NCBI GenBank assembly: GCA_051294905.1
Contig: CM119386.1
Location: 15,252,001 to 15,316,000 of the forward strand
Reading direction: 5' to 3'
DNA from: Botryllus schlosseri
Taxonomy: Eukaryota
Length of the DNA: 64,000 nucleotides
The translations under genes and the position numbers were made by a program. Shown piece by piece: positions 38,401 to 53,400 of the stretch. A model generated the notes under the pieces. The model saw only the letters and a program-made list of their open reading frames with translations. It was not told the DNA's origin and searched no databases. The stretch's first letter is position 1. The number at the start of each line of letters is the position of its first letter.

Positions 38401-41400
38401 GTATGGAAACTGGAATCTAAAGAGAGACTCTCCACAAGAGTTGCAAAAGCAGCCGTCCAAGCGGAAGGATATTTGGATCATGAAAAATGCATTGAATGGG
38501 TTTTGCTCAATGAGGGTGACGATGATCTTGTTGATGAGATGAGCACACTTTTTGATAGCAGTTGTCCAGGTCTGTATCTAACTACCAGGATTTTAGATTT
38601 AAACTCAAATTTTTCCCCATAATTCCCAGTTTAGACAGGATTCTGAATTTAGAAAGGTTTTGATTAATCCAAGATGCTCATAGTTCTCATACGTCACGTC
38701 ACTGGGTTGCAAAAATTGATCACCCCCCCAGATCTCATTTGATACAACTTAAACTAAACTTTATGAAGCCAAATTTATCAATACCGGTACATTTTTTATT
38801 CACATTGAATCCTGCTAAACCGATTTGTCCCAACTCTTAGCAGGTGTTTGCGTGGAAATTGCACGTAGATGACCTTTGTTTGGTAAAGTTTATGTAGGTG
38901 GAAGTCGAAAGAGATTCAATTTCAAGATTCAAGATTCAATTTCTTTTTCAATTTAATATTTGTATATTATGGTTTATCAATTGAATTAATTGGGAATGCC
39001 AAATACTGGGTATATTGACAGATATTATTCAAAATAAAAGTGTATGATTATACTCATCAGCGTTAAATGTATGATTCGAATCTTGCAGGATTGTCTACTT
39101 GTGTAGTAAGCTATTGTCTCTGCCTTTTTGTGTAATAAGGTTGTGTGTAATTTAACCTTTTTTAGTTTCTTACCAAGGAGGTGTTCATCGATATTATACT
39201 TATCGAAATATTTTCCTAGATATCCCTACGAAGCCAAAAGAAGCCAAAGTTGTTCATTCGGTATTCCGTGGAAATTGCAGCAATACTTTGAATGACGTGA
39301 TAGCCAGACTACGGAATAATCTTTCTGGTGATGAAAACCGTGAATTAATCGACTCTATCAAAACGATCTGCGATGGATATCTCAATGAGACCATTGTGAG
39401 CCATTTCGGTTTAAAGTAGAACACCACGCAATGCATCATATGCTTCATATTATTTTCAGATGATGAATCTACAAGATCATCTCAGCATCAACGTCCTCGG
39501 AAAAATACTTTACGGCTTGAGCAAACCTCGAAACATAAAGCGAGATTTACTCGCCGGATTGAGTCAGGGACAGCCGAATTTGCTGATTTGCAATAAGAAC
39601 GATATCCTGTCGACTGTACTGTCGCTGTACATGAAAAACTACGATCAAGAGCTACCCAGCAGATCAGAGGTTTTGGTGTGTACCAAGGAAACGACCATCG
39701 ATGAGATTGAACGATTTTTCAGAAGAGCGATGTGCGATAATGGCCATGAAGGTGACTTTCTATTTGCTGCGTTGTTACGACAAGCCACACATATGTTTAA
39801 TTTATGTTACATATATGAATTGTTTAGATTCCCTGATTCATACCCTTGCATTCGCGGACAAGCTGAGTTTCTCGACCTCTGCGGCTGTCGATTCGATCTT
39901 CAACAAACTAAAAGGAAGCGGTCGTATTAACAAGGACTACCAGCTAGTTATTCTACTCAGCAAGCAGAAACACTTTCTTGCAACTTATTTCGACAAGGTA
40001 TTGGAGACGATGTACTGAGAGAGAGAGAGAGAGAGAAATATTTATTGATTTGTTCAACCGAAAAGTAAATAACATTAACGGATGAAATAATAACAAAGAA
40101 ACTTAACGGTGTAGGACAAGGTGTGATCGTCAACTGGTCTGATCATACCCTGCATTCAACAAATACATTTATTATTTATAAATTTGGTTGCAATTGGTTG
40201 GGATTAATAAATTAAGCTCAGCATAATATATATATACATATGTTATATTCGAAAAGGGTCGGGGAGGTACAAAACTTCAATATATAATTGAATAATATGT
40301 TCAGACTGAAATAAAGTGAATATTTTCAGCTGACATTCGTCATATCATCAGAAACTAGCATAGAAAGGAAAAGAACATTGTATATCAAAAATGGTACCGG
40401 TATCATCAAATATAATATCAAAAAGACATTAAGCTTGACACGTTTATTCGAATTTTCACGCCGGTTACGTCATATTTGATGATACGATCATTGATATGCA
40501 ATGTTCTTTTCAATTCACTACCACATTCTGATGATTACTCCTGACGAGTGTCAGTCGAAGATAGTTGGGTTTATTTTAATATGAATATATTACTCAATAG
40601 TTGTATTATGTTTGTAGATACATATGTTCACTAGCAAAGCATAGCAGTCTATTATAATCACTTTGAAATGACCCGAAAAAATTATTGGGTAACTCTAATA
40701 GTAGTGGTAACCAAATAGGCAACACAAGTGGATAGCAATTAGTTTTGACTATTGCATTGGTATTCCGTTTGACTACTATCGAAGGTCATGTCCAAAAAGT
40801 GTGTTTCTTAACATTTTAGAATGTTGTTGAAGGCAAATGGCTTCAACCGATTGAAAAGATACAGAATTATTTGAAAAGGCATTTGACAGTACAGCGATAT
40901 CAAAACAGCGCTGCATCTGTTACGAGAGGTCATGTCAACGTCAAGATTGTCTCCTCTTCGAGGTCTGGTGTCGGTGAGTTGAGAAAAAATTATTTGTGTT
41001 CTGCCCGCTCTTTGTGTGACTTTTATTGAGTGCATGACAGGCTAGCTGTTTTCAATCAAATTGACTTGAGAGTTGTGCAAGTTGAAATTGAGGATTCACG
41101 CCTGGATATTATTTACATTTCTTATAATATTTTAGGAAAATCTCTCCATATCCAAAGAGCGAGAGAGGAATTTGAGCAGAGAACCTTTCTTGATGGACGA
41201 GCAGTCACTCTTCGTCTTTTGGAGAATGAGCTTAATCTGGATTATGTCGTCGGGAAGCTGTGTTCTGACAGACATCAAAACGCACATCCGGTCTTGGTCA
41301 ATATTGACTTGACGCCTGCAGTAAGATAGAAGATTTTTGGTTCTTGCAAGTTGGGAAGTTGTCTTTACTTGAAATCCTACAATCTTTAGTGGAAATAGTG

Positions 41401-44400
41401 ACTCCGAGAATTCGACTCCTTCGACACATCGAATTATAAGCATTTTGACTGAATCTTCACTGGATTCAATGTCGTTATATTAAAATATTCATAATTGAAA
41501 TGGATGAAGACTTTTGTCTCTATAGAACTACAACACGCAGTAGCTTTAAAAATCATTGACGGCCGAACATAGAATACCCAAGAATCGGTGAAGGTCAATT
41601 CACAGTAATTGCGAATTCCCAGCTAGTTTCAACATGCATAGTTGCATATGTTTGCTTGGCCTGGCCCGTTTCTGCTCGTTTCGACATCTTCCTATTTTTC
41701 ATTACATCTCAGTCTGTCTTGCATATTGCATTATATAATATTTGTCTTGAGCTAAAATTCAACCGCAGATTTTGATTGTGGTATGACAATCAATTCTTAT
41801 GCTTGATTTATTTTGATTGGTAATGTAATTTAGTTACCTTATCAGTATGAAACCCATACATGTCACGTGCCTTTTGTGTATGGCATGGAGTATTTTTTGT
41901 GTGAATGAATTTTAGCAATACGTAGATATTGAAGTGCCTTTTACTTTTGATAACTTACTTAGTAATGGATGTAATGAACCACTCTGTGGGGCACCTAGAG
42001 CCCCAGTTGGGATTCGCTGACCTCTATCTTGTATGTATTTTTACGCAAATTCTCCATTCAGGTTGCACGCGGAATAGAATCATTCGCTTTCAACCTGTTC
42101 GTACTTGGAAGCATACAAGGAAGTGATGGACGGGTGTGGACTAAACAAAACAGTCATTTGTATCTTGTTGAAGCGACTAATTTCAGCGCCACTGGAGAGG
42201 TGAATAAATATCATTGACATCTTTTATATTGAGATGACTCTAGTGTGCTGTAAATCCTTGCCTGTTCAGATTAAGATACTGTAAACAACAAGTTTTTTTC
42301 ACAGTTGTACTATTGCTCTTAATAGGAATTCTCAATATATGTGACCATACCTTCGTTTTTCAGACACGCTTCCAGAAATCTCACGTGTTGAATTTATTGC
42401 CGACTGTACATTGCTGCACTCCATTAGAATTTGTCGATGGAAATGAGGATGACAGGCAAGAAAGACTGGGGATGGATCGTTTGGAATTTGAGTCAGAAAT
42501 TTTTCAGAGGCCGTTTCAATACTTGATGAGATACCAGCAGAAATTGGATTTGGAGCAATTCTCGTACACCCAAATTGACGGTATGTCCTAACTGTCATTG
42601 TGTGTATCTTCGATTTATATTCAAATTGTATCCTGCATGTTAGTTTGTTATAGATTTTCTCTGTATCAGTAAATGACTCTTAAACACACAAACCGGTGGG
42701 TAATGCTATTGAAAATACTATTGTTTGACAAAAAAATTAGCGAGAAGCGTGTTGCCAATTAACGAGAGTCGTCTGCACAGCACGCGATCTCCTGCTGAGT
42801 TAGTTTGCCGTTTGTAAGCGAGCGAAATTAGGTCATTGATTGCTGCATGTGTGCGCGGCAATCCTCGCTAATTCATCGCGTCAACGACAGGCCTGAACAA
42901 TCGCATATACAACGGCCATGTGCCATTATACAACAGGCCATAATCACTTGCGTAATCAGTCGCATCTCATAACCGTTGGCCTAGGAGCAATCGCATCTGT
43001 AATAGCTAATAGGCCCTGTGTGCAAGATGTTGTGTCGCTGGCCTGAACTATCGCCTCGCAGGCTTTGTCTGCTATCGTTGAGAGCCAATGCCGGTAATCG
43101 TATAATGATTAGCGATCGTTATGTCATGAATATTTAACAGTGACATCCCAATACAGAATGACATCCTATACTAAAACACAAATATTCTGGTACCGTGAAT
43201 GCAGGGTGCGTACTGCACATGGGTACAGGCTTTTTCCCAGAATTTGCATGCCATTTTATGGGTGCGGATTATACATGGAGGCGTACGGTACTATACTTGG
43301 AAAATTACGGTATTTAGAATTATCGCAAAAAATGCATACCATAAGTGTGAGCGAAAACAGAAATTTTGTATATTTTTCTCAATTATGGAATTTTATCCAT
43401 ACTTCCAATTCTAATATATTGTGTAATATGCATTGAGGATTAACAATCTTACAAACATAATGACGTATATCTTTTTTCTTCATTAGAAATGGTATAGCAA
43501 CAAACTCAATGTTGAGATCGCTCGTACGACAATAAATACCTTCTCTGTAACTTCTTTAAAGGTGACGAACAGCAATGCGTCCATGTGCTGCTAAACCACT
43601 GCTACATGCGAGATCCGTCGTGGGCGCAACTGCGTCATTTTTGCAGCTTTCTGAATTATCAACTGAAAAACTGCGAGAACTCAGTGTTCTGTAGCAACCC
43701 GCATTTCATACCGCTTCTTCAGGGATTAAAGTATTTCGCGGTCCGGTTCATGATCAGGATGGCTCAGGATTTTGCTACCCCGTCTCTGACGATATCGGAC
43801 ACCAGCAGAAAAGATACAAAGGAGCAAGCTACGGGCTTTGAAAATCACCAGCTTCGACGCAAATGGGAAGAAAATTCTCACCCCTACGTGTTTTTCAACG
43901 AAGACGGTCATTCGATGACTTTCGTGAACGTTAAAATCGACCGACAAGGGAATTTGCTCGATAAAAATGATGCAATCGTGGAAAATATCATAACGCCACA
44001 ACTGACAACGGACCTGCATCAGCAAAGGTTTGACTTGCGCAAAAATTTTGACGAATATCCTCGACAAGAAAAGCTGAGGTTTTTGTGCCAAGTTCTTGGA
44101 ATTGATGAACCGTTCGATCCCGATCCGACTTACGAGCTTACGACTGATAACGTTCTGAAAATCCTTGCGATCTACACTCGGTTCAAATGCGGGATTCCGG
44201 TGATTATCATGGGAGAGACGGGATGCGGGAAAACCAGACTTGTGGAGTTCATGAGCAAGCTGAAAGCGGGGAATCGTGAAGAAGGAAAGCAGCGTGTGGA
44301 GAATATGATAACTTTGAAAATTCACGGGGGAATTACAGTGGAGGTTAGCTTGATTTTACTGTTCTTTTTTACACAATAATGAAAAACTTGAAATTGAAGT

Positions 44401-47400
44401 CAAGATTCACATAAATCGTATCTTTAACTACTGTAGACACTCACACTGATATGTGTTGAACGCAAATTCGGGTTTGAAATAGGGATGCTCGCCATTCTCA
44501 CGACTATATCCTGGGTTTGAATTGCCCTCAGCTTGTTTTAACTTCAAGTCAGGACTCTGAGTATGTGCTGATGTAACTGATCACCTCTGATATTTTCTAT
44601 TGGTACATTTGTGAGTGGCGGAACAAAATTAAAATTCAGAATGAGAACTCTAGTTCTGTTGCAATGACCAAGTGCCATACTGATCTGTTTGAAACTTGGC
44701 GCTTGGTGGTTTCCCACTGATCTAAGTTCTTTCCCAGTGATGGTGATGTCATAACTTATTCAGCATGTTATTGCATGTCTTTGTTCCTGCAGGATATTCA
44801 CGAAAGCGTATCCAAAGCCAGAGAGATGGAAAAAAATTCACCCGATCACCAGAAGTTCTCCATACTATTCTTCGACGAAGCAAATACAACCGAAGCGATA
44901 TACGCCATCAAAGAAGTTATGTGCGATCGCAGTATCGACGGCTGTTCGTTCCGCGATTCCAATCTTCACATCGTAGCCGCGTGCAACCCGTACAAAAAGC
45001 TATCGAAAAAGGCAGTCAAGAAATTGGAAGATTCCGGACTCGGGTATCGATTCCACACAAGCAAAGTGGCGCACCTCTTCGGCAATATTCCCGTTCGAAG
45101 TTTGGTTTATCGTGTCGTGGCTCTGCCGCCTAGCATGCAACCGTTTGTGTGGGATTTCGGACAACTTAGCGACGAAGCGGAGAAAGTCTACATTGAACAG
45201 ATGTGCTCGAAACTAGCGCCGACCCTTGGGATCGGTCAAGCTACAGTCCATCGGCTGGTTGAAGCGTTGTCATTTTGCCAAAAGTTTATGAGAAGTCGCA
45301 CTGACGAATGCAGGTTAGTGAGGTGTTGTATTTGGCAATTTACGTTGCTTTCCTTTAACTCTGACTTTTCATAGGACTAGTAATTTGTGCCAATCATTAT
45401 TTTCTCATGTGCCTTACTTTCGTATTTCTACAATGTGTTCTGTGATCTAATTGACTTACGTCTCTGAGAAAATAGTCTAATTGGGCTCACCTGTGTTAGT
45501 GATTATGTGGTTGAAGATTAAAAATGTTGGATTCATATTAGACGTTTGTGGTATATGTTTACTGGTCTACAAAGGCAGTATCAATATCAGCAGTTCAAAA
45601 CACCAGAAGACTGCGATGCAATGAAAAGATAGGAAGGTGTCAAAATGAGTAGTCTTTGAAATCAGACGCCCACCTGGACCTAAACGGTGTAACTATGTGG
45701 CATAGAATATGAATTTGGGTCTTTTCTATAAATATCTATTTATCACTTATAAAAAAACCTGAAACTCGGCCACTGAACAAATTATTTTCATCAGATCAAA
45801 TGTGCTGTTTCCAGACTTTAATTATATAAATAGGTAATTTGTGATACAAAACTTGAACACTGATTTTAAAGTTGCATTGATGATAACCATATCTACTCAA
45901 CTCTGTGACTTTTCACTTGTCTCTTGTCATAACTTGTTGGCACAATGCAACGAAAAGTGACTAATACAGATGAAAATCGATATTGAAAAAAATTAGAATC
46001 TGAACTTGTGAACTTGAGTAGTCCTGAAGACTTTATAGTCCTTCCCAGAGATATCTAGAACTATCAAATTTTTAATTCGACTCCTTTGAATATTTGCAGA
46101 TATGTCAGCCTGCGCGACGTCGAAAGATGCATGACAACATTCGAATGGTTCCATCGGAAGCGAGATGTGATCTACCCCCTCATTGAAGCAGAATTGACCA
46201 AAAAATATAATAAAATGCGTAACATTGAAATCCCTCAGCTGGAACAAGACGTCCGCACCATTGTACAAACCGTTGGCGTGTGCTACTACGCTTCGCTTGA
46301 CGACCGCAGTTCATTTCTCGAAGAATTAGCAACCTGTCTCAATATACCCGGACTGGATGACAATGCAATTCAATTGGAGTTGATGAGTTGCCAGTCGGCG
46401 TTCCTACAGAACATCCAAGTTGGGAACAACATCGCCTGCAATCAAGCACTTCGGGAAAATGTCTTCATGATGGCTGTATGCATGGACATGAGAATCCCAC
46501 TGTTTCTGATCGGTAAACCTGGAAGCTCAAAGTCTCTTGCCAAAACGATCATCACTAACAATATGCAAGGAGGAGAATCACATGCGATTCTTTACCAGAA
46601 TCTCAAGCAGGTAATGAGATTCTCTGTTTGGTATGTGCCACTGCTGCCTTTGCGCCAACAGGAGGCTTTTTGGTGTAATCTAAAAATAGTACCTTGAACT
46701 TGAACCATTTGTTTGTCTCAATTATTGGTATTTTCATGCCGGTGATGTGATACTATTGTTGATGTACGATGTTTTTTCCAATTCTCTACTATTTGCTGAC
46801 GATTACCCTGACAAGTGCCAGGCGAAAATATTCGAGTTTATTTCAGAATCTATTCCTCAATTGTATATTGAAATTCTATACCTCCAATAGTCTCTTGAAA
46901 ACCTTTGTTTCAGGTCCATACTTTATCGTATCAATGCAGCGCTTTGACGGATGCTGATGGAATTGAAAGAGTCTTCAACCAGTGCATTGAGTTGCAAAAG
47001 AAACAGAATCTTAACGCCTATACTGCTGTCGTCATACTTGATGAAATCGGCTTGGCAGAAGATTCTCCAAACATGCCCTTGAAGGTGATATTTCTATGGA
47101 TCGTATTAGGCTGCTCGAGTGTTTATTCAAGTGCTTCAAGCATACCTTTTTCAAGTTGGAACTAGTTGGGTGTGCCCTTGAAATAGCTACCACTTCTCTA
47201 ATAATAGCAGGTCCTATGTTGGCACACCTGTCGTGGCTGCCGTGCTAACTAGAGTGAGATTTTATGGGGTGAATACATTTAATGCACAGTATAGAATTGG
47301 CAACATTTGTCTCTGTTTCAGGTGAGATTTAAAATTATTTTTGAATATTTGATTCCTTGAAATGAAATTAGGAGGTGATATAATTTTTCCAAATCCTGGT

Positions 47401-50400
47401 CAGGATTCATGTTCCAAGTTTTAGCATAATCAATCAATCATAAACAATAATATAATAAGTTATAGAGCACGGAATATAGTGTTATATCATCCCTACTCTA
47501 AGGCGCTATATACAGGAGGTAGTAAAGTATAAAAAGTTTGTAGTGGATATCATTGACGAAATCCAAATACAGATTTAAATTTATAAATGTGATTCTAATA
47601 TAGCAACATCTTCAAATCCATTTTTGCGATCCTGATTCAAATTGAGGATTAAATATTTCATGTATGTTACGCCAATGTCTATACATCCCCGCACATTTCG
47701 ACTAGTCCTTTGCTGTAGCCTACTCACTGTATTATGTCACTATTCCATTTTATAACTTGAAAATACACAATATAGATTGAACTACCAGCAGCCGCAGTAG
47801 ACTCAATGATCACCAGATCACTTTGCTGAGGCTTTATCTCACAATTACTGTATATATAATCATATATATCTATCATTATTCATTTTATACCATTATTCTT
47901 TCGTGAACTGCATCAAAACAATTTGTTGTGCCTTAAACCAGGGCTTTGGAGCCGGAGCCCAGAGCCCCGGAGCCGTGCATTTTCACCGGAGCTGGAGCCG
48001 GAGCTCTACATAAAATTTAGCCGGAGCTGGAGCCCGTTATTTGAGGAGTAACTCCGGCTCCGACCTATTTCATAAGATGCTATTATATATGCAACAACCG
48101 CATCTGCTGATTTATCATAATTGAACACCAGGCCTGAATTTTAATGCTGTGCACAGCAATGACCTGGAGCAAATTGCGTTCTAGTGCAACTATGATGTTG
48201 TCAACAATTGACAAGTATTCAGTATGAAGTCACAAGCCGGCACGGCGGCACCTATATGTCTTTGTTGCTTCATCGGATGTTACTGACGGCTGACGGACTC
48301 TAGATTACTATTGATAACTAACATATTATTAGATTAGCAATCTATATAGACCAGGAATGGCCAACCTTTTCGGCTAAAGGGGCACATGCAATTGATGAAC
48401 GAGTGCGCGGTTCACTAGCCATGCCAAGTGGGTAAAATCAAAATATAAATAAACTAGGTGAGTATTGCGGGTCTATTGTATACCACCCGCTAGGCTCAGT
48501 TTGCAAGGACACGACTATTCGGCGTCTGGACACATCGATATCGATGGTCTCCGATAATATGCGACAATCATTTTGTGCCTACATTTCACCGTCAACGATT
48601 TTATGCGAGCGCAAACGCGAAAAGACTTTCTTCCGTAATTGCGAATACAGTTAGACTCAATCGGGTAAATCAGGCGTTTTTTTCATTTTCAGTAGTGGGT
48701 AGGCTACCAAGCAAGAAATTGTGTGACAATTAAACACGCGAAGCGTGAAGAAAAATTTCGCTACTATTTTAGTTTATTGTAATGTACGACGATTTACTGA
48801 AAATGTGACTGGACCCTGGATCTGTCAATGCGTCGGAGCTGATATTTTAGTCATCAACATCCCAAGTGTCGCAGCCAGAATTGTAATTTTTTGTTGGCAT
48901 TGCAAGTTCACAATCTGAGCAATTCATTTTCGATAATATAATAGGACATTACCTCGCGGGCCACGCAAAACCCTCTCGCGGACCACATTTGCGGGCCACC
49001 CCTGATATAGACAGGACCATTCGATAATTTCAGAGCCGGAGCTGGAGCCAGAGCAGTGGTTATAATGCGGCTCCGGAGCTGGAGCCGGAGCTAATGTATG
49101 ATAGAAGAGAGCTCCGGAGCTGGAGCAGTTTAAATTTACGGCTGCTCCAAAGCCCTGCCTTAAACTTGAATTACGTGTTTTCATTTTTTGCGATGATGAA
49201 TAAATTCACTGTGTATGTCTGTTCAGATCCTCCATCCACTACTGGAAAGGCGCAGCGCCGATTTGCAAACAGTCGGACGCGGCGACTCAGAGAGAGTCGG
49301 CTTTGTGGGCATATCGAACTGGGCGCTGGACCCCGCCAAAATGAACCGGGGTATCTTCCTGACCAGGAACAAACCGGACGAATCCGATTTGAAGAAGACT
49401 GGCCGTGAAATTTTCCAAGGTCGCAATTCGTTGTGGAGAACCAATGAGAATTTACTCTCTGGATTGACGAGCTCTTACATCAAAATGTACAGCGAACAAG
49501 AAGTTGAGTACTATGGTTTGCGGGACTACTACAGCTTGATGAAGATGATATGCACCCGCTCTGACCATCCCAGAGAACGAATTTCGTTTGAGGAAGTAGC
49601 TTACGCAGTTTATCGGAATTTCGGAGGCGGTGGTCGTGAAGTTGTGGAACAGTTTTTGGATGATGCCCGTAATTCTATTGCTAACGATGACGATAACTCC
49701 CAGCAAAATATGATTCCGCCAATACGGAAAATGATTGAAGACAACTTGTCTGAAACTGAAAGTCGATTCATGCTGCTTTTGACGAACCAATTCTCAATTG
49801 TCAGCCTTTTGGAATCGTTTGTGACTACCCAGGCTCAAATTGTGTTTGGGTCTGACTTTCCCGGCGATCGCAACTACACGGAAATCTGCAGGAACATCAA
49901 CAAAATCAAGGTGAGCCTGGCTCGATTCTTGCAGGTAGCATGCCACGAAGCGATTAAGGAAGTGGTTCTTAACCTTAGCTAACCAAGCCTTGCGCTAATC
50001 TGCAAGGCTTTATCGTGCCCCCAAATTTCCACCTTGTCACAATAAGAAAAACCTACTGCATTAGATTGTTGATATTTCAGTAATAAAGTCATATTGTTAT
50101 TCCCGTGCAACTCATAAAATGAATGGTTTTAGAAGTAGAGTTTAAAGATAATTGAAAATGGAGAATCAAAATTAAAGAAGTTTTGCTATGAAATATGATT
50201 TATGATTTCTATGATTGATTTTTTTATTTTTTTATTTGCAGTACATGAATCTTTTTGCCACTACTCCTGTGTGCATCGTGAAAAATGAGTTAAGTTATTA
50301 TGATTTATAATTATGATAGTCTTATTCGTATTAAGACTGGAAAATACATACATAATCTGGAGAGCAACCTGCATCCTAATATTAATATAATATTTTATGT

Positions 50401-53400
50401 ATATATTCATTTAACTAATATTATTATTATTATTATTAGGTGTGCATGGAAACCGGGAAAACGGTCGTGCTTTTAAACATGACCAAGATTCACGAGTCGC
50501 TGTACGACGCCCTGAACCAGCATTTCATGAGTTTCGGAGGGCAAAACTATGTCGATTTAGGGCTCGGCGGACACCGCGTCAAATGCCGCATTGCCGACAA
50601 TTTCCGATTGATCGTAGTCGAGAAAAAGGACGTCGTGCGAAAGGAATACCCAATCCCGTTGATCAACAGGCTGGAAAAGCATCATTTCAGCTCGGAAAAT
50701 TTGCTCGACGAGACACAGAGAGAACACGCTCGAGATCTTGACGAATGGATGTCGAAATTCACACCGGCGCTAAGCGATTTCGCCCGACACCACACATTCA
50801 TAGGATGCCACGACGACTCGGCAAGCTCGGTGGTGTTAACAACTGGTGGGGACGACTCGGCTGAATTCCACGAGGTCGTACTACAAACCTGTTCCGTGGA
50901 CGCGATATTCCGTCTTCAAAATTCCAGACATTCGGACGCAGAAATCAGAATGATTGAAGAGATCTATTTCGAAAAGCAACATCATGATAGCCTGGTCAAT
51001 GTCTTGGCGGACGTTATCACCAGCAATGTTCAGTTCAGTGTGTTGGAGGTTACTTCGTTTTCAGCCGGTTTATGGGAGAGGGACATGTCTCAATTTGAAA
51101 CGCATTTGAATCTCGCGAAAAGAAGCGTGACTCTCGTGCCTTTGGAACATTTTCAAACGCAAGAACAGTACTGCAGCGAGATCAGGCGTTTTTTCGAGTC
51201 CTGTCAAAGTGCAGGAGGAGCGCCTTTAATTCTTTTGATTCAATGTTCGCAGGCTCAAAAGAATTCGTCCCTAATCGCGTGCGCGCAGTACTGCTTGAAT
51301 AATATCATCAAGGAGTTTGAAGGTGCTGAAAATTTCACAAGTAGAACAGTAATAGTGGCTCTGTTGCTTTCTATGGAACGGGAAGGTATTTGCGAATCCA
51401 GATACGGCTCGTTGGCTTTGCAACATACGCGTGGTGCTACAATTTTGCACGTAGACGATTTCCGTATCACCGACAATCAAATGTCTCCCGCTCATCGATT
51501 CTTTAAAAAGTCTTTGCATCAAGTCTTTCATTCCAACTGTGAGAATCTTGGCGGCCCCGGTGGCTTGATCGGAGTTCAGGCGTTGTTTAAAGACTGTGTG
51601 GCCGAATGTGTTGCAAAGGTTAAAGACAACCGACGTGACGTTGACCCGTATTCGAGAAGGGTTGAGATTCTGACACGACTGTTCAGCGGAGAAGGCAAGT
51701 TGGAGAAAAGGTTTCGAGATATTTTCCTGGACAAAATCGTTCCGGCGTTCAAGGAAATTGATCAGTGCTTGGGCGATGACAGTAGCTGGGTCGACGAAGA
51801 AGCGAATAACGGAGAGAATTTACAGGAAGGTGGAACTTTCAGCAAAACGCTGTGGCTGTGTTTGAAAAAACACGTGTCTCGAATCATGGCAGGTCTGGTA
51901 AGTGTTATTGACAGGCGGGACAATTTGGACACGATAGCTTCTGATGAAAGCGCCCTGAATTCTGACATGTGGATTGAAATGTTTGACTCGCTGGTACTGC
52001 CTTGGAACACGTTGTTGAAATCGAATACATACGTCATGAACGATCGGGTGTTGTGGGAAAATCGCTCTTGCCGGATTCCATTCAGTTTTCTTGCGATCGA
52101 ATACCTCGAAGGCCAATGGACGGCATTACGGAGTCAAGGGTCGCGCGACCAAATGTATGTGCACATATTTCGAGACTTTGCTATGAAGAAGGCTATTGTC
52201 AGAGAGTTGCAAAACGCCAGGGTCGAAGTCATGGATGCGTTCGTTCACGATTTGGTGATGACTTTACACCGGCCTGGTGCGGGAGATGATTCTGAATTTG
52301 CATTGATTAACAAGGTGTTGCGCGAATTTTCGTTAAAAAATTTTCGACTGCATAGAGATGCACACTTTCAGATTGGTGATGAGATTGGGATTATATTCTG
52401 CACTTACAAAATGATGTCAAGGGAACTGGTGAAGTTCTCCGAAATCCTGGCTGCGTGCCCGACAATTTTGGACAAATCTAAAAACTGGGAAAAGGCTCAA
52501 GAAGGCCAGGACACTGTCGTCATTCATATTTCCGCGCTTAAAGACGCGATCGCGCTACTGAAAAACATGGCCGAAGGTATTGAAAACTTTGAGAACTGCA
52601 TCGCATGGATCGAACGCGCCAGAATCACGAAAGACATTTACAATTCTGTGACGTCCACTATTGACGATGAATCTGTTCTAAAGGGGTTGAACGAAATCTG
52701 GACTCCGTTGCGTATATTGGATTTGATGTTGCGACAACTGCTGCCACCTGCTGACGTGGACAGCGAATTTTTCCGGAAAATCGTAAGGACCATTGCTCAA
52801 CCTGCTAAACTGTTTTGGCGAGGCACGGTAAACAGAGATCCCAGGAGCGTGAGTTTCTTGAAAATTGTCACCAACGTATTGAAAAAATGCTGCTCAGAAG
52901 TGGAATTGCAGTTGAAACTCGGCTGGAAAGCAGACACAACGTGCCGCATTTGCGGTAGAAAAGTTTCGGACCCCGTAGTGTTACCTTGTGCGCATTTCTT
53001 TTGCGAAAGTTGCATTCCAAAATTGATTCTGGATCAGGACGGGCTGCGTCAATGCGGATCTTGTCGCGCTGCTATTGCCGAAGACTTTGACTACGCTGCT
53101 CGGGTTTTGGATGAAAATTCGCTGGCTGTTTGTGAAAAACTGAAGATGAACGCCACAGGCTTTTTCGTAGAGTGCTTGGATCAGTTCTGTTTCAAACGTG
53201 ACGGCCGACGTGCGCAGATGAGGCAGCAAATAGAATTGATAATGCGTGAGGTGGTCTTGGAAACTCAGGACGCTGACAGACCGCAACTGGATTCGACCGG
53301 TTTGGACTTGAATATCAACTGTAAAAGTTCGGTGTTCCAAACTTTGCTGAATTATGATAGAGATCACGTGGAGAACTTAGTGCGTGCGTACTTGACTGAA

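Noticed and set aside
40016-40470. Possible reverse LINE 3' end (AATAAA plus (CT)n tail on the minus strand)
   Set aside because: No recognisable RT-coding remnant or TSD; only the microsatellite is supported.
43726-44325. 199-aa minus-strand ORF, and similar antisense or alternative-frame ORFs across 44765-55267
   Set aside because: These are shadows of long RNF213 exons with no independent splice signals or motifs.
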